A stretch of DNA of 64,000 nt from Pseudomonadota bacterium (GCA_039029455.1 JBCCGE010000004.1:1170-65169); one strand, 5' to 3'; numbered from the stretch's first letter, positions 40,122-51,270 are shown. The notes: a model not told the origin generated them from the sequence alone. Program-made: numbers and translations.

Positions 40122-41012
40122 ATGCACTCAGGTCCGAAGTATAAGGGCAGCTACGTCGCGCTCGTAACACCCATGTTCGACAACGGTGATATCGATTTCG
40201 ACAGCCTGGCAAAACTGATTGACTTTCACGTGGAGAGCGGCACGGACGGGATTGTTTCGATGGGAACGTCCGGTGAGTCAGCCACGTTGGATATCGACGA
40301 ACAGATTGAGGTCATTCGTAAAACTGTTGAGCTGACCGCGGGTCGGGTTCCGATTATCGCGGGGTCGGGCGGTAATTCGACCAATGAAGCGCTTGAACTT
40401 ACGGAGCGTTCAGCCGAAGCCGGAGCAGAAGCCTGTCTGCTGGTCGTTCCCTACTACAACAAGCCGACGCAGCACGGGTTGATCGCTCACTTTACCCTGC
40501 TGGCGGAACGGGTGGATATCCCGCAGATTTTGTACAACGTTCCGGGTCGAACATCGCTCGACATGCACAATGATACTGTTGTGGAACTGTCCAATGTGTC
40601 TAATATTGTCGGCATAAAAGACGCCACTGCAGATATTCCAAGAGTGGGTGACTTTCTCAGCAGATGCCCTGAGGACTTTTGCATTTTGTCTGGAGATGAT
40701 GGCACCACATTGGAATTGATTAAAGCAGGTGGACACGGATGTATCTCGGTGACCGCCAATGTGGCACCCCGGCTCATGCACGAGATGTGTGCTGCAGCTC
40801 TCGCGGGTGACCTGGCTGAAGCCGAACGCATCGATGGCAAACTGCGCGGTCTGCATGACAGCTTGTTTATTGAGTCCAACCCGATCCCGGCGAAGTGGGC
40901 CTTAGCGAGTATGGGACTGATGCAGTCCGGAATCCGCCTACCGTTAACGCCACTGTCTGCTTCGTGTCATGCCAGTGTTACCAAAGCGATGAAGGAGGCG
41001 GACGTCGCCTGA
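40122..41012 (+). CDS. dapA: 4-hydroxy-tetrahydrodipicolinate synthase
   Basis: 296 aa. [27 protein letters not shown] and YNVPGRT. The Schiff-base Lys lies in GIKDAT. Confidence 0.95.
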   Translation: MHSGPKYKGSYVALVTPMFDNGDIDFDSLAKLIDFHVESGTDGIVSMGTSGESATLDIDEQIEVIRKTVELTAGRVPIIAGSGGNSTNEALELTERSAEAGAEACLLVVPYYNKPTQHGLIAHFTLLAERVDIPQILYNVPGRTSLDMHNDTVVELSNVSNIVGIKDATADIPRVGDFLSRCPEDFCILSGDDGTTLELIKAGGHGCISVTANVAPRLMHEMCAAALAGDLAEAERIDGKLRGLHDSLFIESNPIPAKWALASMGLMQSGIRLPLTPLSASCHASVTKAMKEADVA

Positions 41013-44000
41013 TGGTCGGGTCGGCGGATCGCACTTTGAGTCCCTCGCTTTACACTCACACTGGCGCCAGCGCGGCGTCGGACTTTAGAACCGAAAAATT
41101 TCTTGCCGATGTCTCGGCAATCTATCCTGATTGTCACTCAGTCAGCGCACGATTTCGACACTTCGTGTCTTTGCGTGAACCACTCGATGAGCGCGCTCGG
41201 GAGACAGTGGGCCAGCTTTTGTCTTATGGAGAGTTCTCTCAGGATCCGCCTTCAGACGTCGGGTGCACGTTTCTGTCGGTCCCGCGTATAGGTACGATTT
41301 CGCCCTGGTCCAGCAAGGCAACTGACATATTTTTGTTATGTGGTCTGCAATCTGTTATCCGTGTAGAGCGGGGTATTGAATGGACGCTCGGCGGCATTGC
41401 TGATGCGGACATCGAACGATTTGCGGCTGATTTGCAGGGCGTTCTGTTTGATCCGATGACCGAATCGCTGCTTGCAATCGACGGCGATCCGTCATTAATT
41501 TTTTCACAGTCCGAGCCGGCACCCCTCGAGGTGGTCGATATTCTCGCAGGTGGACGGCAGGCTCTGGTTGACGCGAACAATGACTACGGTTTTGCGCTGA
41601 GTTCCGAGGAGATTGATTATCTTTGTGAGCAGTTTCAGTCACTCGGACGCAATCCCACAGATGTTGAGCTAATGATGTTCGCTCAGGTGAATTCTGAGCA
41701 CTGCCGCCACAAAATTTTTAACGCCAGCTGGACCATTGACGGAGTTGAAAAGGAAACCTCTCTGTTTGGAATGGTGAAAACCACGCACGAGAACACGCCG
41801 CAGGGCACCTTGGTAGCCTACAAGGACAACGCGGCGGTGCTGCAGGGCGGCGAGGGTGGCCGGCTCATGCCGAACTCTAGGGGACGGTATGAGTATGTTT
41901 CGGAGGCATTGCCCTTTACCGCGAAGGTGGAAACACACAATCATCCGACTGCGATTTCTCCTTTCGCCGGTGCGTCAACGGGCTCTGGAGGTGAAATAAG
42001 AGACGAGGGAGCGACCGGTCGGGGCGGTAAACCCAAAGCGGGTCTGGTGGGCTATTCCGTGTCTCATCTTCGTCACCCCCAATTTCCAAGACCGTGGGAA
42101 GGGCCTGAATCAAAACCGGCACGAATTGCGTCACCGCTGCAGATAATGCTTGAAGGTCCGATTGGCGCTGCAGCCTTCAACAATGAATTCGGCCGACCAA
42201 ACATCGCGGGATACTTTCGAACATTCGAATATTCGGGTGAGGATATCGATGACCACAGTGTCCGCCTCGGCTACCACAAACCCATTATGCTCGCTGGGGG
42301 CACCGGTGGGGTTCGTGCTCAACACGTTGAAAAACAACCGATCACCCACGGAACACCCATCGTCGTCCTCGGTGGCCCCACCATGCTGATTGGTCTTGGC
42401 GGCGGTGCTGCGTCAAGCGTAGCGTCAGGCGACAGTGATGAGTCGCTGGATTTTGCCTCGGTGCAGCGGGGCAATCCGGAGATGCAGCGGCGCTGTCAGG
42501 AGGTTATCGATGCTTGTGTCGCCATGGGGTCGTCGAACCCGATCGTTTCAATTCACGATGTCGGGGCTGGTGGTTTATGTAATGCGCTTCCGGAACTGGT
42601 CGATGATGCTGGTCAGGGTGGAACGTTCGAGCTGCGTGAGATATTGAATGATGAACCCGGTATGTCGCCAATGCAGATTTGGTGTAACGAATCTCAGGAG
42701 CGATATGTTCTTGCGGTTTCGGCAGACAAACTGGAGACCTTTAAGCAGATTTGCGCACGCGAACGGTGTTTGTATGCGGTCGTTGGTGCAGCAGATAACA
42801 GTCAGCGTCTCACCCTGAGCGATCGGTATTTCGCCGAAGATGCTCGCGCCCCGATCGACTTGCCGATGTCACTGCTGTTTGGTCTGCCGCCCAAAATGCA
42901 TCGTCAAGTCAGTTCGGTTTCTGCACGTCGTCACCCGTTTGATTCTGGTTCGCTCGATATTTCCGATGCTATTGACCGTGTGCTGACCTTCCCGGCGGTG
43001 TCAGACAAAACCTTTCTGGTCACCATTGGTGACCGAAGCGTCACGGGCATGATTCATCGGGATCAAATGGTGGGTCCCTGGCAGGTTCCGGTCGCGGATG
43101 TTGCGGTAACCACGGCATCGTTTATTGGGGCTGCAGGTGAGGCAATGGCAATAGGTGAACGTACTCCGGTCGCGTCCATCAATGCACCGGCGAGCGGTCG
43201 ACTTGCCATTGCTGAGGCTGTTACCAACATGGCAGCGGCTGATGTGCGTTCAATGCAAGACATAAAGCTGTCTGCAAACTGGATGGTTGCAGCCGGTTCA
43301 CCAGGGCACGATGCTGAATTGTTTGAAACGGTTCGCAGTATTACTCAGGATGTCTGCAACACTATCGGCTTGTCCATTCCGGTGGGCAAGGATTCGATGT
43401 CAATGAAAAGCAGCTGGCAGGAAGACGGCGAGTCGAAAACAGTTGTGTCACCTGTTTCACTTGTCGTTAGTGCTTTCGCTCCGGTTAGCGATGTCCGTAA
43501 GACGCTGACACCCCTGTTGAAGATGGACAAGGGTGAAACCAAGCTGTGGCTGCTTGATCTTTCACATGGCCGAAATCGACTCGGTGGATCGGCGCTGGCT
43601 CAGGTGTATGGACAACTCGGAGATGAAAGTCCGGATCTTGAGCACCCGGCTGAGCTGCTGTCGCTTTTTGAATTGATCCGTGATGCCAGAGATGAGAGTC
43701 TGATTGATGCGTACCACGACAGATCAGATGGCGGACTCCTGGTTTCTTTGCTGGAAATGTCCTTCGCCAGTCGAACCGGTGTCGTCATTCGTGTTCCCGA
43801 TGGTCAGCACGACGCTATTGCATGGCTTTTCAATGAGGAGCCTGGCGTTTTGGTGCAGGTTCAGCATACTAACGAATCCCGTTTTGAGCAGCTGCTGGAC
43901 GCCCATCAACTCTCCGAACACGCCTCCCGGGTGGCGGAACCGACAACGGGTAACGATGTGAGCATACTCCACAGGGGCACGACGGTTTTTCGCGACACGC

Positions 44001-44953
44001 GCAGTGCCCTGCATCAGCGGTGGTCAGCACTGACATTCAATATGCAGTCCGTTCGAGACAACCCGGCCTGTGCAAAAAGTGAATACGAGCGGTTAACGGA
44101 TATCGAAGATCCCGGGATTTCCCCTGTGCTGTCTTTTGACCCGCAGGAGGATATCAGTGCACCCTATGTATCACGAAAGGTCAAACCCCGGGTCGCGGTT
44201 CTGCGCGAGCAGGGCGTAAACGGTCAGCTGGAGATGGCTGCTGCATTCACCCGAGCCGGATTTGATGCAATAGACATCACCATGAGCGATCTGGGCGATC
44301 AACGCGACCTGAGTTCTTTCGTCGGCCTGGCGGCTTGTGGCGGTTTTTCTTATGGGGATGTGTTGGGCGCGGGCGAGGGCTGGGCCAAAGCAATTTTGTA
44401 TAACAGCAAAGTCCGCGATCGTATGAGTGCGTTCTTTGAGCGCGGTGATACTTTCAGTCTCGGTGTCTGCAACGGTTGTCAAATGATGGCATCAATCCAT
44501 TCGCTGATTCCCGGTGCAGACGGGTGGCCTGCGTTTAAACGCAACTTGTCCGAGCAATACGAGGCGCGATTTGTCACAGTGGGAGTCGTGAATTCCCCCT
44601 CTGTTCTGCTCAAAGGCATGTCAGGTAGTCGAATCCCCGTTGCCGTTGCGCACGGCGAAGGCAGGCCTGGTTTCGCAAACAGCTCGGATCTGGATTCGCT
44701 GTACGACAATAACAAGGTATGCCTGCAATTTGTCACTAACCGCGGAGACGTTGCTGTTCACTATCCCCTGAATCCAAATGGATCAGTGCGGGGTGTGACC
44801 GGTTTTACTTCCTCGGATGGCAGAGTGACGATTATGATGCCTCATCCTGAGAGGGTGTTTCGTACCATTTCGAATTCCTGGTTTCCGGAAGAGTGGGGAG
44901 AAGACGGCCCCTGGACCCGGATGTTCTTAAACGCGAGAGAATGGGTAAACTGA
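41012..44953 (+). CDS. purL: phosphoribosylformylglycinamidine synthase (single-chain large PurL)
   Basis: ATG at 41012 shares one nt with the dapA TGA. About 1313 aa. [36 protein letters not shown] and a C-terminal GATase ([15 protein letters not shown]). The upstream part of the ORF (40895-41011) overlaps dapA. Confidence 0.97.
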   Translation: MVGSADRTLSPSLYTHTGASAASDFRTEKFLADVSAIYPDCHSVSARFRHFVSLREPLDERARETVGQLLSYGEFSQDPPSDVGCTFLSVPRIGTISPWSSKATDIFLLCGLQSVIRVERGIEWTLGGIADADIERFAADLQGVLFDPMTESLLAIDGDPSLIFSQSEPAPLEVVDILAGGRQALVDANNDYGFALSSEEIDYLCEQFQSLGRNPTDVELMMFAQVNSEHCRHKIFNASWTIDGVEKETSLFGMVKTTHENTPQGTLVAYKDNAAVLQGGEGGRLMPNSRGRYEYVSEALPFTAKVETHNHPTAISPFAGASTGSGGEIRDEGATGRGGKPKAGLVGYSVSHLRHPQFPRPWEGPESKPARIASPLQIMLEGPIGAAAFNNEFGRPNIAGYFRTFEYSGEDIDDHSVRLGYHKPIMLAGGTGGVRAQHVEKQPITHGTPIVVLGGPTMLIGLGGGAASSVASGDSDESLDFASVQRGNPEMQRRCQEVIDACVAMGSSNPIVSIHDVGAGGLCNALPELVDDAGQGGTFELREILNDEPGMSPMQIWCNESQERYVLAVSADKLETFKQICARERCLYAVVGAADNSQRLTLSDRYFAEDARAPIDLPMSLLFGLPPKMHRQVSSVSARRHPFDSGSLDISDAIDRVLTFPAVSDKTFLVTIGDRSVTGMIHRDQMVGPWQVPVADVAVTTASFIGAAGEAMAIGERTPVASINAPASGRLAIAEAVTNMAAADVRSMQDIKLSANWMVAAGSPGHDAELFETVRSITQDVCNTIGLSIPVGKDSMSMKSSWQEDGESKTVVSPVSLVVSAFAPVSDVRKTLTPLLKMDKGETKLWLLDLSHGRNRLGGSALAQVYGQLGDESPDLEHPAELLSLFELIRDARDESLIDAYHDRSDGGLLVSLLEMSFASRTGVVIRVPDGQHDAIAWLFNEEPGVLVQVQHTNESRFEQLLDAHQLSEHASRVAEPTTGNDVSILHRGTTVFRDTRSALHQRWSALTFNMQSVRDNPACAKSEYERLTDIEDPGISPVLSFDPQEDISAPYVSRKVKPRVAVLREQGVNGQLEMAAAFTRAGFDAIDITMSDLGDQRDLSSFVGLAACGGFSYGDVLGAGEGWAKAILYNSKVRDRMSAFFERGDTFSLGVCNGCQMMASIHSLIPGADGWPAFKRNLSEQYEARFVTVGVVNSPSVLLKGMSGSRIPVAVAHGEGRPGFANSSDLDSLYDNNKVCLQFVTNRGDVAVHYPLNPNGSVRGVTGFTSSDGRVTIMMPHPERVFRTISNSWFPEEWGEDGPWTRMFLNAREWVN

Positions 44954-44954
44954 T

Positions 44955-45389
44955 ATGGCTGCAAGATCCTTTTCAATAGTCAGCTTTTTGTTGCGGTTTC
45001 TGTTTGCACTGGTCCTGGTGCTGGTAACCTACAACCCGGCTGAGCCGTATTCTTTCTATCACTGGGCTCTGAAACCGGTGTTGTCCAGTGTCGAAACCTT
45101 TGATGTGACAAAAGGTTTTGTCGGCGTTGTGCTAATCATCGGCTGGACCATATTTCTGGGTGCAACCTTTCGGGCTCTTGGTTTTTTCGGGCTGCTGCTC
45201 GCGAGTCTGTTCTTCGCAATGCTGACCTGGTTTCTGATTGATCGTGAGTGGCTTGATATCGTGAATCCCAGCACGGTGACCTGGATCATTCTCGTTTGTT
45301 TGTCAGCTGTCCTGGCAACCGGATTGTCCTGGTCGCACATCTGGCGCAGAATGACCGGTCAACTCGACGTTGACGAGACCGACCACTGA
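44955..45389 (+). CDS. hypothetical small membrane protein (4 TM)
   Basis: 144 aa. Starts 1 nt after the purL stop. Four clear hydrophobic helices. No motif recognised. Confidence 0.55.
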   Translation: MAARSFSIVSFLLRFLFALVLVLVTYNPAEPYSFYHWALKPVLSSVETFDVTKGFVGVVLIIGWTIFLGATFRALGFFGLLLASLFFAMLTWFLIDREWLDIVNPSTVTWIILVCLSAVLATGLSWSHIWRRMTGQLDVDETDH

Positions 45390-45434
45390 ACTGAATTCAG
45401 GGCTTGCGGTTAGCCAGAAGAGCAGCAATGCCTG

Positions 45435-45887
45435 ATGCACCATGTAGCCCAGCTCAATATTGCTCATCTGGTCGATAACCTGGACTCTCCGAGGTTAAAG
45501 CCGTTTGTAGATAGTTTGGATTGGATCAATTCTCTGGCTGAATCGTCGGAAGGGTTTGTCTGGCGTCTCAAGGACGAATACGGAAACGCCACTTCGCTCG
45601 ATTACTTCGGACCAGAAATTATTCCCAATCTTTCAGTTTGGCGTGATACCGACAGTCTGTATGACTTCGTTTATAGATCAGCTCATCTGGATATTCTGAA
45701 AAAGCGAAAAGACTGGTTTCATCCGATAAAGCAGGCACATCAGGTGCTGTGGTGGATTCCGGAATATTCAATGCCCACTCTCGAGGAGGCCGCAGACCGA
45801 CTGGAGCTGTTGAGACAATCCGGCCCGGTCGCTCGCGCATTTACAATGAAGCGTCGATTTGACCCCGCCGGAAACCCGGTTTGCTAG
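45435..45887 (+). CDS. DUF3291-domain protein
   Basis: 150 aa. HVAQLNIAHL...F...L..IN.LAESSEGFVWRL...GNAT...NLSVW.....L..FVYRSAH matches the pattern I associate with DUF3291. Confidence 0.7.
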   Translation: MHHVAQLNIAHLVDNLDSPRLKPFVDSLDWINSLAESSEGFVWRLKDEYGNATSLDYFGPEIIPNLSVWRDTDSLYDFVYRSAHLDILKKRKDWFHPIKQAHQVLWWIPEYSMPTLEEAADRLELLRQSGPVARAFTMKRRFDPAGNPVC

Positions 45888-45932
45888 CCCGAAGATTCCG
45901 TAAAGGTCCGGCTGCTGTATAAAGAATTTGCG

Positions 45933-46964
45933 CTAGAGGGTCTTTAAAGTGCTTTCCGCAACAATTTGCCAACGGTCCATTGGTTTGGCGAGTTCAAGTC
46001 GCTTAATAATTTTGTCCGAGAAGCGGTCTGACCGGTAAGACTGTTCGAACTCGACAACGGCACGGTTATCACTAAGGGATTTCACCTCAAGGCTTTCCAG
46101 CACAACCTCGATAAATTCGGGGGTGCTCAATCGTTGCTTTCGCTGCTGGGTCCACTGTGCGATGGTGAGTCCGGACGGCGCTTCAAAATCGCTGGAGTAG
46201 AAGGCGAGATATTCGTCGACGGATTGACGAGACCAGGAGTCCGCCCACAGTCTGACTGCAGATTCAATCACCTCTGATTCACTGACTGTATTTGCCGCGT
46301 CGTCAGCGACCTGTGGAGCAGACTCAGGTTGCGTTTCTTGCTGATCTTCGCTGTCTTCAGCGGCGACAGAATCAGATAGCGCTTGATCGCCTTCATCGCT
46401 TGAGGAAGACGCTGCCAGATTGTTGTCGGATTCAGCACTTTCGCTGGTAACGGCCTCTGAACTGTCCAGGGTGCTGCTATCGTCTTCAGAGTCGGTATTC
46501 TGTTCTGAAGTCGAGACCGCATTTCCGGCATCGTCAGGTGTTTCAGCGGCGGTCTCAATCTCAGGTGTTTCAACACTCTCAGCCGACACTGTATTCTCAT
46601 CGTCCGAGCCGATAGACGTTTCGGTCTCAGAAACCGGTTCAGATGAGTCCGCTGCAGCCACCGCAGGAGTCTCTGCACTGACCTCAGATTCCGGAGTTTG
46701 CACGGTGGAATCCTGGTCAGGTTGCGATTGGGCTGAAGATTCTGTGGCGGTGGCGGAAATTGCCTGATCTGGAGCTTGCGCCGGAATGTCGTCTTCCTGT
46801 CGAATCAGAGGCGGAGTTTTTTCGACAGCCAGCCGTATTTTCCGAAACTCTTCCTCGACGGTGTAGCGCCAGATGTCCTGAGCGGATACTTCTGTGCTGA
46901 CACCAAGTATCAAAGACACCCACGCGGCCACGAATGCTGTCTTTTCAGGAGAGGATAAGATCAT
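45933..46964 (-). CDS. secreted acidic, intrinsically disordered protein with NTF2-like C-terminal domain
   Basis: ATG at 46964 gives a signal peptide (MILSSPEKTAFVAAWVSLILGVSTEVSA). About 180 aa of S/E/D/T-rich low complexity. C-terminal VRLWADSWSRQSVDEYLAFYSSDFEAP...AVVEFEQSYRSDRF...WQIVAE resembles the NTF2/Cds6-like fold. Confidence 0.55.
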   Translation of the reverse strand: MILSSPEKTAFVAAWVSLILGVSTEVSAQDIWRYTVEEEFRKIRLAVEKTPPLIRQEDDIPAQAPDQAISATATESSAQSQPDQDSTVQTPESEVSAETPAVAAADSSEPVSETETSIGSDDENTVSAESVETPEIETAAETPDDAGNAVSTSEQNTDSEDDSSTLDSSEAVTSESAESDNNLAASSSSDEGDQALSDSVAAEDSEDQQETQPESAPQVADDAANTVSESEVIESAVRLWADSWSRQSVDEYLAFYSSDFEAPSGLTIAQWTQQRKQRLSTPEFIEVVLESLEVKSLSDNRAVVEFEQSYRSDRFSDKIIKRLELAKPMDRWQIVAESTLKTL

Positions 46965-47167
46965 CGTGTCGCGCAACAAATACCCAATTGGGGGTACGAT
47001 TTCCGTGGCCGTCCGGACAGCGAGTCCCAGCGGATCTAAAAAGCGAGTGCAGGCTATTGTTTGGTAACGCCGTCTTCAGTGAAGACATGGTGTTCTCCAC
47101 CAGCTGTGTAAGCTCGATTATAGCGAAACTCCGGGTTTTTAGGGCATTCCTTGACCCACTGTCGCCG

Positions 47168-47200
47168 CAAACCAACACAACACGCCAAGAAGATGGCGTG
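47168..47200 (-). terminator. candidate rho-independent terminator of the ETF-QO gene
   Basis: On the minus strand, CACGCCatcttcttGGCGTG followed by TTGTGTTGGTTTG. It begins 8 nt after the stop. Confidence 0.45.
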
Positions 47201-47208
47201 GGATACGG

Positions 47209-48870
47209 TTACATTGCGGCGTAGTTTGGCCCGCCTGTACCTTCGGGCGTCACCCAGTTTATGTTTCCCGTCGGGTCTTTGATATCGCAGGTTTTGCAGT
47301 GAACGCAATTCTGAGCATTGATTCTCAACTCTGGCTCACCGTTTTCTTCTATGTATTCATAGACGCCCGCCGGACAGAAGCGCTGCTCGGGACCGGCATA
47401 TTTGCTCAAATTGATGGCTACAGCCTTACTCGTGTCGGTGAGTTTTAGATGAACCGGCTGATCCTCTTCGTGGTTTGTGCTGGAAAGATAGACCGAGGAG
47501 GTCTTGTCAAAGCTGAGCACACCATCGGGTTTGGGATAGGTAATTTCCTTGCAGTCACCCGCAGGTTTCAGCGATTCATGGTCGGATAACGGATCTCTCA
47601 GGGAAAACGGAAGCTTACCGTTGAAAATGTTCTGGTCGATGAAATTGTAGGCACCGCCGATCCAGGTGCCGAATTTGTGGATGGCTGCCCCGAAGTTACG
47701 TGATTTGTAGAGTTCTTCGTACAGCCAGGAGCTTTTAAAGTTGCTCTCATAATCATCAAGAGATGCATTGTCTTCAGAGAGTACTTTGAAAACAGTTTCG
47801 GCGGCGATCATCCCGGACTTCATTGCCGTATGGGAACCCTTGATCTTGGAGAAATTGAGTGTTCCCGCATCGCACCCGATCAAAAGTCCATTCGGCATTA
47901 CCATTTTGGGAAGGGCATTGAGTCCTCCCTTGGTGATAGCTCGAGCGCCGTAGGCGATTCGCTCACCACCTTCGAGGTATTGACTGATCTTAGGGTGATG
48001 TTTGAACCGCTGCATCTCATCAAAAGGACTAAGGTGAGGATTTTTGTAAGACAAATCTGTAATCAAGCCAAGGGAGACCAGGTCATCACCCAGATGGTAG
48101 AGAAACGATCCACCGGTGGCTCCATTTTCGGCCAGTGGCCAACCCGCGCCATGGACCACCAGTCCTTTTTGATGGTTCTCTGGTTTTATTTTCCAAAGTT
48201 CCTTGATGCCGATACCGTAGTGTTGAGTCTCTGAACTTTCGGCGAGGTCAAAATGCTCAATCAATTGTTTGCCAAGACTCCCCCGACACCCTTCTGCGAA
48301 CAGCGTGACCCGGGCGTGCAATTCCATGCCGGGCTCATACGATGCTTTTGCATCGCCATCCTTACCTCGTCCCATCTCACCCGTGGCGACACCTTTGATG
48401 CTTCCATCCTCGTGGAACAGAACTTCTGAGGCCGGAAAACCGGGGAAAACTTCCACACCAAGTGACTCTGCCTGTTCACCGAGCCACCGACAGACTTCGC
48501 CCAGGCTGACGATGTAGTTGCCCTCGTTGTGCATCGGCTTCGGAACCATCCACATTGGCATCCTTTGGGCGCTGCGCTCATCCTTGAACATGTAAATGTC
48601 ATCACCGGTGACCGGAGTATTAAGGGGGGCATCCCGGTCTTTCCAGTCGGGAAACAGTTCGTCAAGCGCTCTGGGCTCGAATACAGCGCCCGACAGAATG
48701 TGGGCGCCGACTTCAGATCCTTTTTCAAGGACGACTACGGCCAGCTCGTGGTCATTTTCCTGGGCCAATTGCATGAGTCGGCAGGCCGCCGACAATCCGG
48801 AAGGTCCGGCGCCGACGATCACCACATCCACTTCCATGGACTCACGTTCAATTTGTTCTTCAGAATTCAT
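47209..48870 (-). CDS. electron-transfer flavoprotein:ubiquinone oxidoreductase
   Basis: FAD fold DVVIVGAGPSGLSAA. C-terminal 4Fe-4S motif (CPAGVYE...NAQNCVHCKTCDIKDP). ATG at 48870 gives the typical N-terminus. The ORF extends to 48906. Confidence 0.93.
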   Translation of the reverse strand: MNSEEQIERESMEVDVVIVGAGPSGLSAACRLMQLAQENDHELAVVVLEKGSEVGAHILSGAVFEPRALDELFPDWKDRDAPLNTPVTGDDIYMFKDERSAQRMPMWMVPKPMHNEGNYIVSLGEVCRWLGEQAESLGVEVFPGFPASEVLFHEDGSIKGVATGEMGRGKDGDAKASYEPGMELHARVTLFAEGCRGSLGKQLIEHFDLAESSETQHYGIGIKELWKIKPENHQKGLVVHGAGWPLAENGATGGSFLYHLGDDLVSLGLITDLSYKNPHLSPFDEMQRFKHHPKISQYLEGGERIAYGARAITKGGLNALPKMVMPNGLLIGCDAGTLNFSKIKGSHTAMKSGMIAAETVFKVLSEDNASLDDYESNFKSSWLYEELYKSRNFGAAIHKFGTWIGGAYNFIDQNIFNGKLPFSLRDPLSDHESLKPAGDCKEITYPKPDGVLSFDKTSSVYLSSTNHEEDQPVHLKLTDTSKAVAINLSKYAGPEQRFCPAGVYEYIEENGEPELRINAQNCVHCKTCDIKDPTGNINWVTPEGTGGPNYAAM

Positions 48871-48975
48871 TGTGCCTATGCAGTTGAATTGCGCTTCGGG
48901 GATCAAAAACTGGGCGATATTGTGCTACCGATGCGGGTAAAATGCCAGCTGCTACAACGTCACAAAATTGCTTGA

Positions 48976-50223
48976 ATGACCGCTATATCGCATCAATCCG
49001 CGAACTCCGAGTTACGCCAGGGGAATCAGAAAATTCGCGCACGTCACGATAATGTGATGATGCCCAACTATGCACCGATGGAAATAGTCCCTGACCGCGG
49101 CGAGGGTGCGTGGCTGTGGGATCGTGATGGCACCCGATTTCTGGACTTTGCCGCAGGTATTGCGGTGAGTGCACTTGGTCACGCCCCGAAAGTGCTGCAA
49201 GAGGTATTGGCCGATCAGGCGTCACGTTTCTGGCATGTCAGCAATCTGATGACAAATGAGCCCGCCATTGAGCTGGCTGACACATTGTGCGGACTGACAT
49301 TTGCCGAACGAGCCTTTTTCTGCAATTCCGGGGCCGAGGCAAACGAAGCCGCGCTGAAACTCGCTCGGCGCTTCGCATTTGAAAACGCGGGCGCTGAAAA
49401 AGACGAAATCATTGCGTTCGAAAACGGCTTTCACGGTCGAACGTTTTTTACCGTGTGCGTCGGCGGACAGGAAAAATACAGTAATGGATTTGGACCTAAG
49501 CCCGGAGGTATCTCGCATTTGCCGTGGAATGATATCTCTGCCCTCGAGGAATCAATCTCCGATCGAACCTGTGCGGTGATTCTGGAGCCGGTTCAGGGTG
49601 AGGGCGGTGTAAACCCCGCTGACCACAACTTTCTGCGTGCGGCGCGAGCGTTGTGTGATCGTCACCATGCGTTGTTGATTTTCGACGAGATTCAGACCGG
49701 CATTGGACGTTCCGGAAAACTGTATACCTATGAATGGAGTAACGTCGTTCCGGATATTCTGACAACAGCCAAGGGTCTTGGTGGAGGATTCCCCGTGGCG
49801 GCAATGCTGACTACAGCCAGAATCAGTGAAAGCCTGGCCGTTGGTACTCATGGCAGCACGTTTGGTGGCAATCCGCTGGCCTGTGTTGTGGCAAACAGGG
49901 TGCTGCAGGAACTCACACAGACCGGTTTGCTTGAATCGGTAACACCAAAAAGCGATCAATTGATGCAGGGACTGGCAGATTTGAATTCACGACACCACAT
50001 GTTTACCGAAATTCGAGGATGTGGTCTGTTGATCGGGTGTCAGCTTTCCAGTACTTATGCAGGTCGTGCCGGCGAGCTTATGAAGGCGTGTATGGATCAG
50101 GGTTTGCTGGCGCTGGTGGCGGGACCCGATGTGCTGCGACTTGCACCACCACTGATCATCACCGAACAGGAAATTTCCTCAGGTCTTGAAAAAATTGACG
50201 CTGCGGTAGTGAGCCTACATTAG
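48976..50223 (+). CDS. argD: acetylornithine / succinylornithine aminotransferase
   Basis: 415 aa. MPNYAPMEIVPDRGEGAWLWDRDGTRFLDFAAGIAVSALGH, FCNSGAEANEAALKLAR, DEIQTGIGRSGK and TTAKGLGGGFP (PLP lysine). Confidence 0.9.
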   Translation: MTAISHQSANSELRQGNQKIRARHDNVMMPNYAPMEIVPDRGEGAWLWDRDGTRFLDFAAGIAVSALGHAPKVLQEVLADQASRFWHVSNLMTNEPAIELADTLCGLTFAERAFFCNSGAEANEAALKLARRFAFENAGAEKDEIIAFENGFHGRTFFTVCVGGQEKYSNGFGPKPGGISHLPWNDISALEESISDRTCAVILEPVQGEGGVNPADHNFLRAARALCDRHHALLIFDEIQTGIGRSGKLYTYEWSNVVPDILTTAKGLGGGFPVAAMLTTARISESLAVGTHGSTFGGNPLACVVANRVLQELTQTGLLESVTPKSDQLMQGLADLNSRHHMFTEIRGCGLLIGCQLSSTYAGRAGELMKACMDQGLLALVAGPDVLRLAPPLIITEQEISSGLEKIDAAVVSLH

Positions 50224-50320
50224 GAGACGCCCTGACTCCGACGACTGCGCTCGGGAGACAGAATCCATACCTGGTTAGCGATATTGCCCAGCAAATCCGC
50301 ACCTTCAAGCAGCCTTCAGG

Positions 50321-51190
50321 CTAGGATTCCGCGCCTCTAATATGATCCTCTATTTGCGGGGTTCGATAGCCGTCGGATCGCCATATAATGGGGAAAAAGT
50401 TTTCGTCCATCGAATTGTCACCGAGACGTTTATAACGACTGTAAATTGGCCCGATACCCTGCTCAAAATTGGAGGGGACGTATCTGACCTCGCTCGGCAT
50501 GGCATGCAGCACAAGTGAACGTCTGGGAATACCTGCAAGATTGGGTCCCGAACCGTGCCAGGTCGCGCCGTGATGAAAGGAGCCGCCACCCGCTTTCGTC
50601 TCGACGTGACAGATTTCAGCGTCGACACCGGCTCGGGCCGCAGCTTCACGCACGGTTTTTCTGTAGTCGGCCGGGGCGTGAAATTCACCGGTCGGTTTGC
50701 CGAGTTCCCATCGATGGGAACCACGGGCGAATTCGATTGTGCCACCCGATGCGCTGGTATCGTCAAGAGCGATCCAGCAGGTCAGAATTTCACCGGGCGT
50801 AAACCATGACAAGTAGGCGTTGTCCTGATGAAAGCCAAGCGATTTCGCGCCCGGCGGTTTCCATATGACATTGTCGATCATGATTCGAACTCCACTCCAC
50901 CCGGCAAACTCAGCGACGGCCCGACCCAGATTCTCATTCAGAACGGTCTCTGCGATTCGCCGATTTGCTTTCCAGCCGTTACAAATCTGACGGGTCAGCT
51001 TGGGATCACTTTCTCCCTGCTGCCAGTTGACCTCGTCGGGACGCACGCCGGTCTGGAAGCGTCCGCAGAACACGTCTTCAAAAGCATCATGGAGGCCGGC
51101 TACAGTGTCCTGATCGATGAGGTTGTCGACAACCACAAACCCGTCCGAATCAAATGCTTTCCGATGATTCGAGTCAGGGAAAAATGGCAT
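50321..51190 (-). CDS. phytanoyl-CoA dioxygenase (PhyH) family Fe(II)/2-oxoglutarate oxygenase
   Basis: 289 aa. FDSDGFVVVDNLI, HQDNAY (HxD ligands) and a later H in FHHGATWHGSGPN. Confidence 0.8.
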   Translation of the reverse strand: MPFFPDSNHRKAFDSDGFVVVDNLIDQDTVAGLHDAFEDVFCGRFQTGVRPDEVNWQQGESDPKLTRQICNGWKANRRIAETVLNENLGRAVAEFAGWSGVRIMIDNVIWKPPGAKSLGFHQDNAYLSWFTPGEILTCWIALDDTSASGGTIEFARGSHRWELGKPTGEFHAPADYRKTVREAAARAGVDAEICHVETKAGGGSFHHGATWHGSGPNLAGIPRRSLVLHAMPSEVRYVPSNFEQGIGPIYSRYKRLGDNSMDENFFPIIWRSDGYRTPQIEDHIRGAES

Positions 51191-51270
51191 AGCTCGACGA
51201 GGTGTTAACCGTTGCTGTTCAGGTCTGCCGACTTCAGTGCAGTGCTCACCGCATCGCTCTCCGTACCGGA

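Noticed and set aside
40895-41011. N-terminal extension of the purL ORF overlapping dapA by 117 nt
   Set aside because: The extension has no similarity to the PurL N-terminus and lies within dapA. The ATG at 41012 gives a normal start.
46945-47178. 77-aa minus-strand ORF upstream of the acidic protein gene
   Set aside because: Its composition is not protein-like, it overlaps the terminator of the ETF-QO gene and it runs into the start of the next gene. Only the internal SD-preceded 47-codon part is mentioned, as a minor curiosity.
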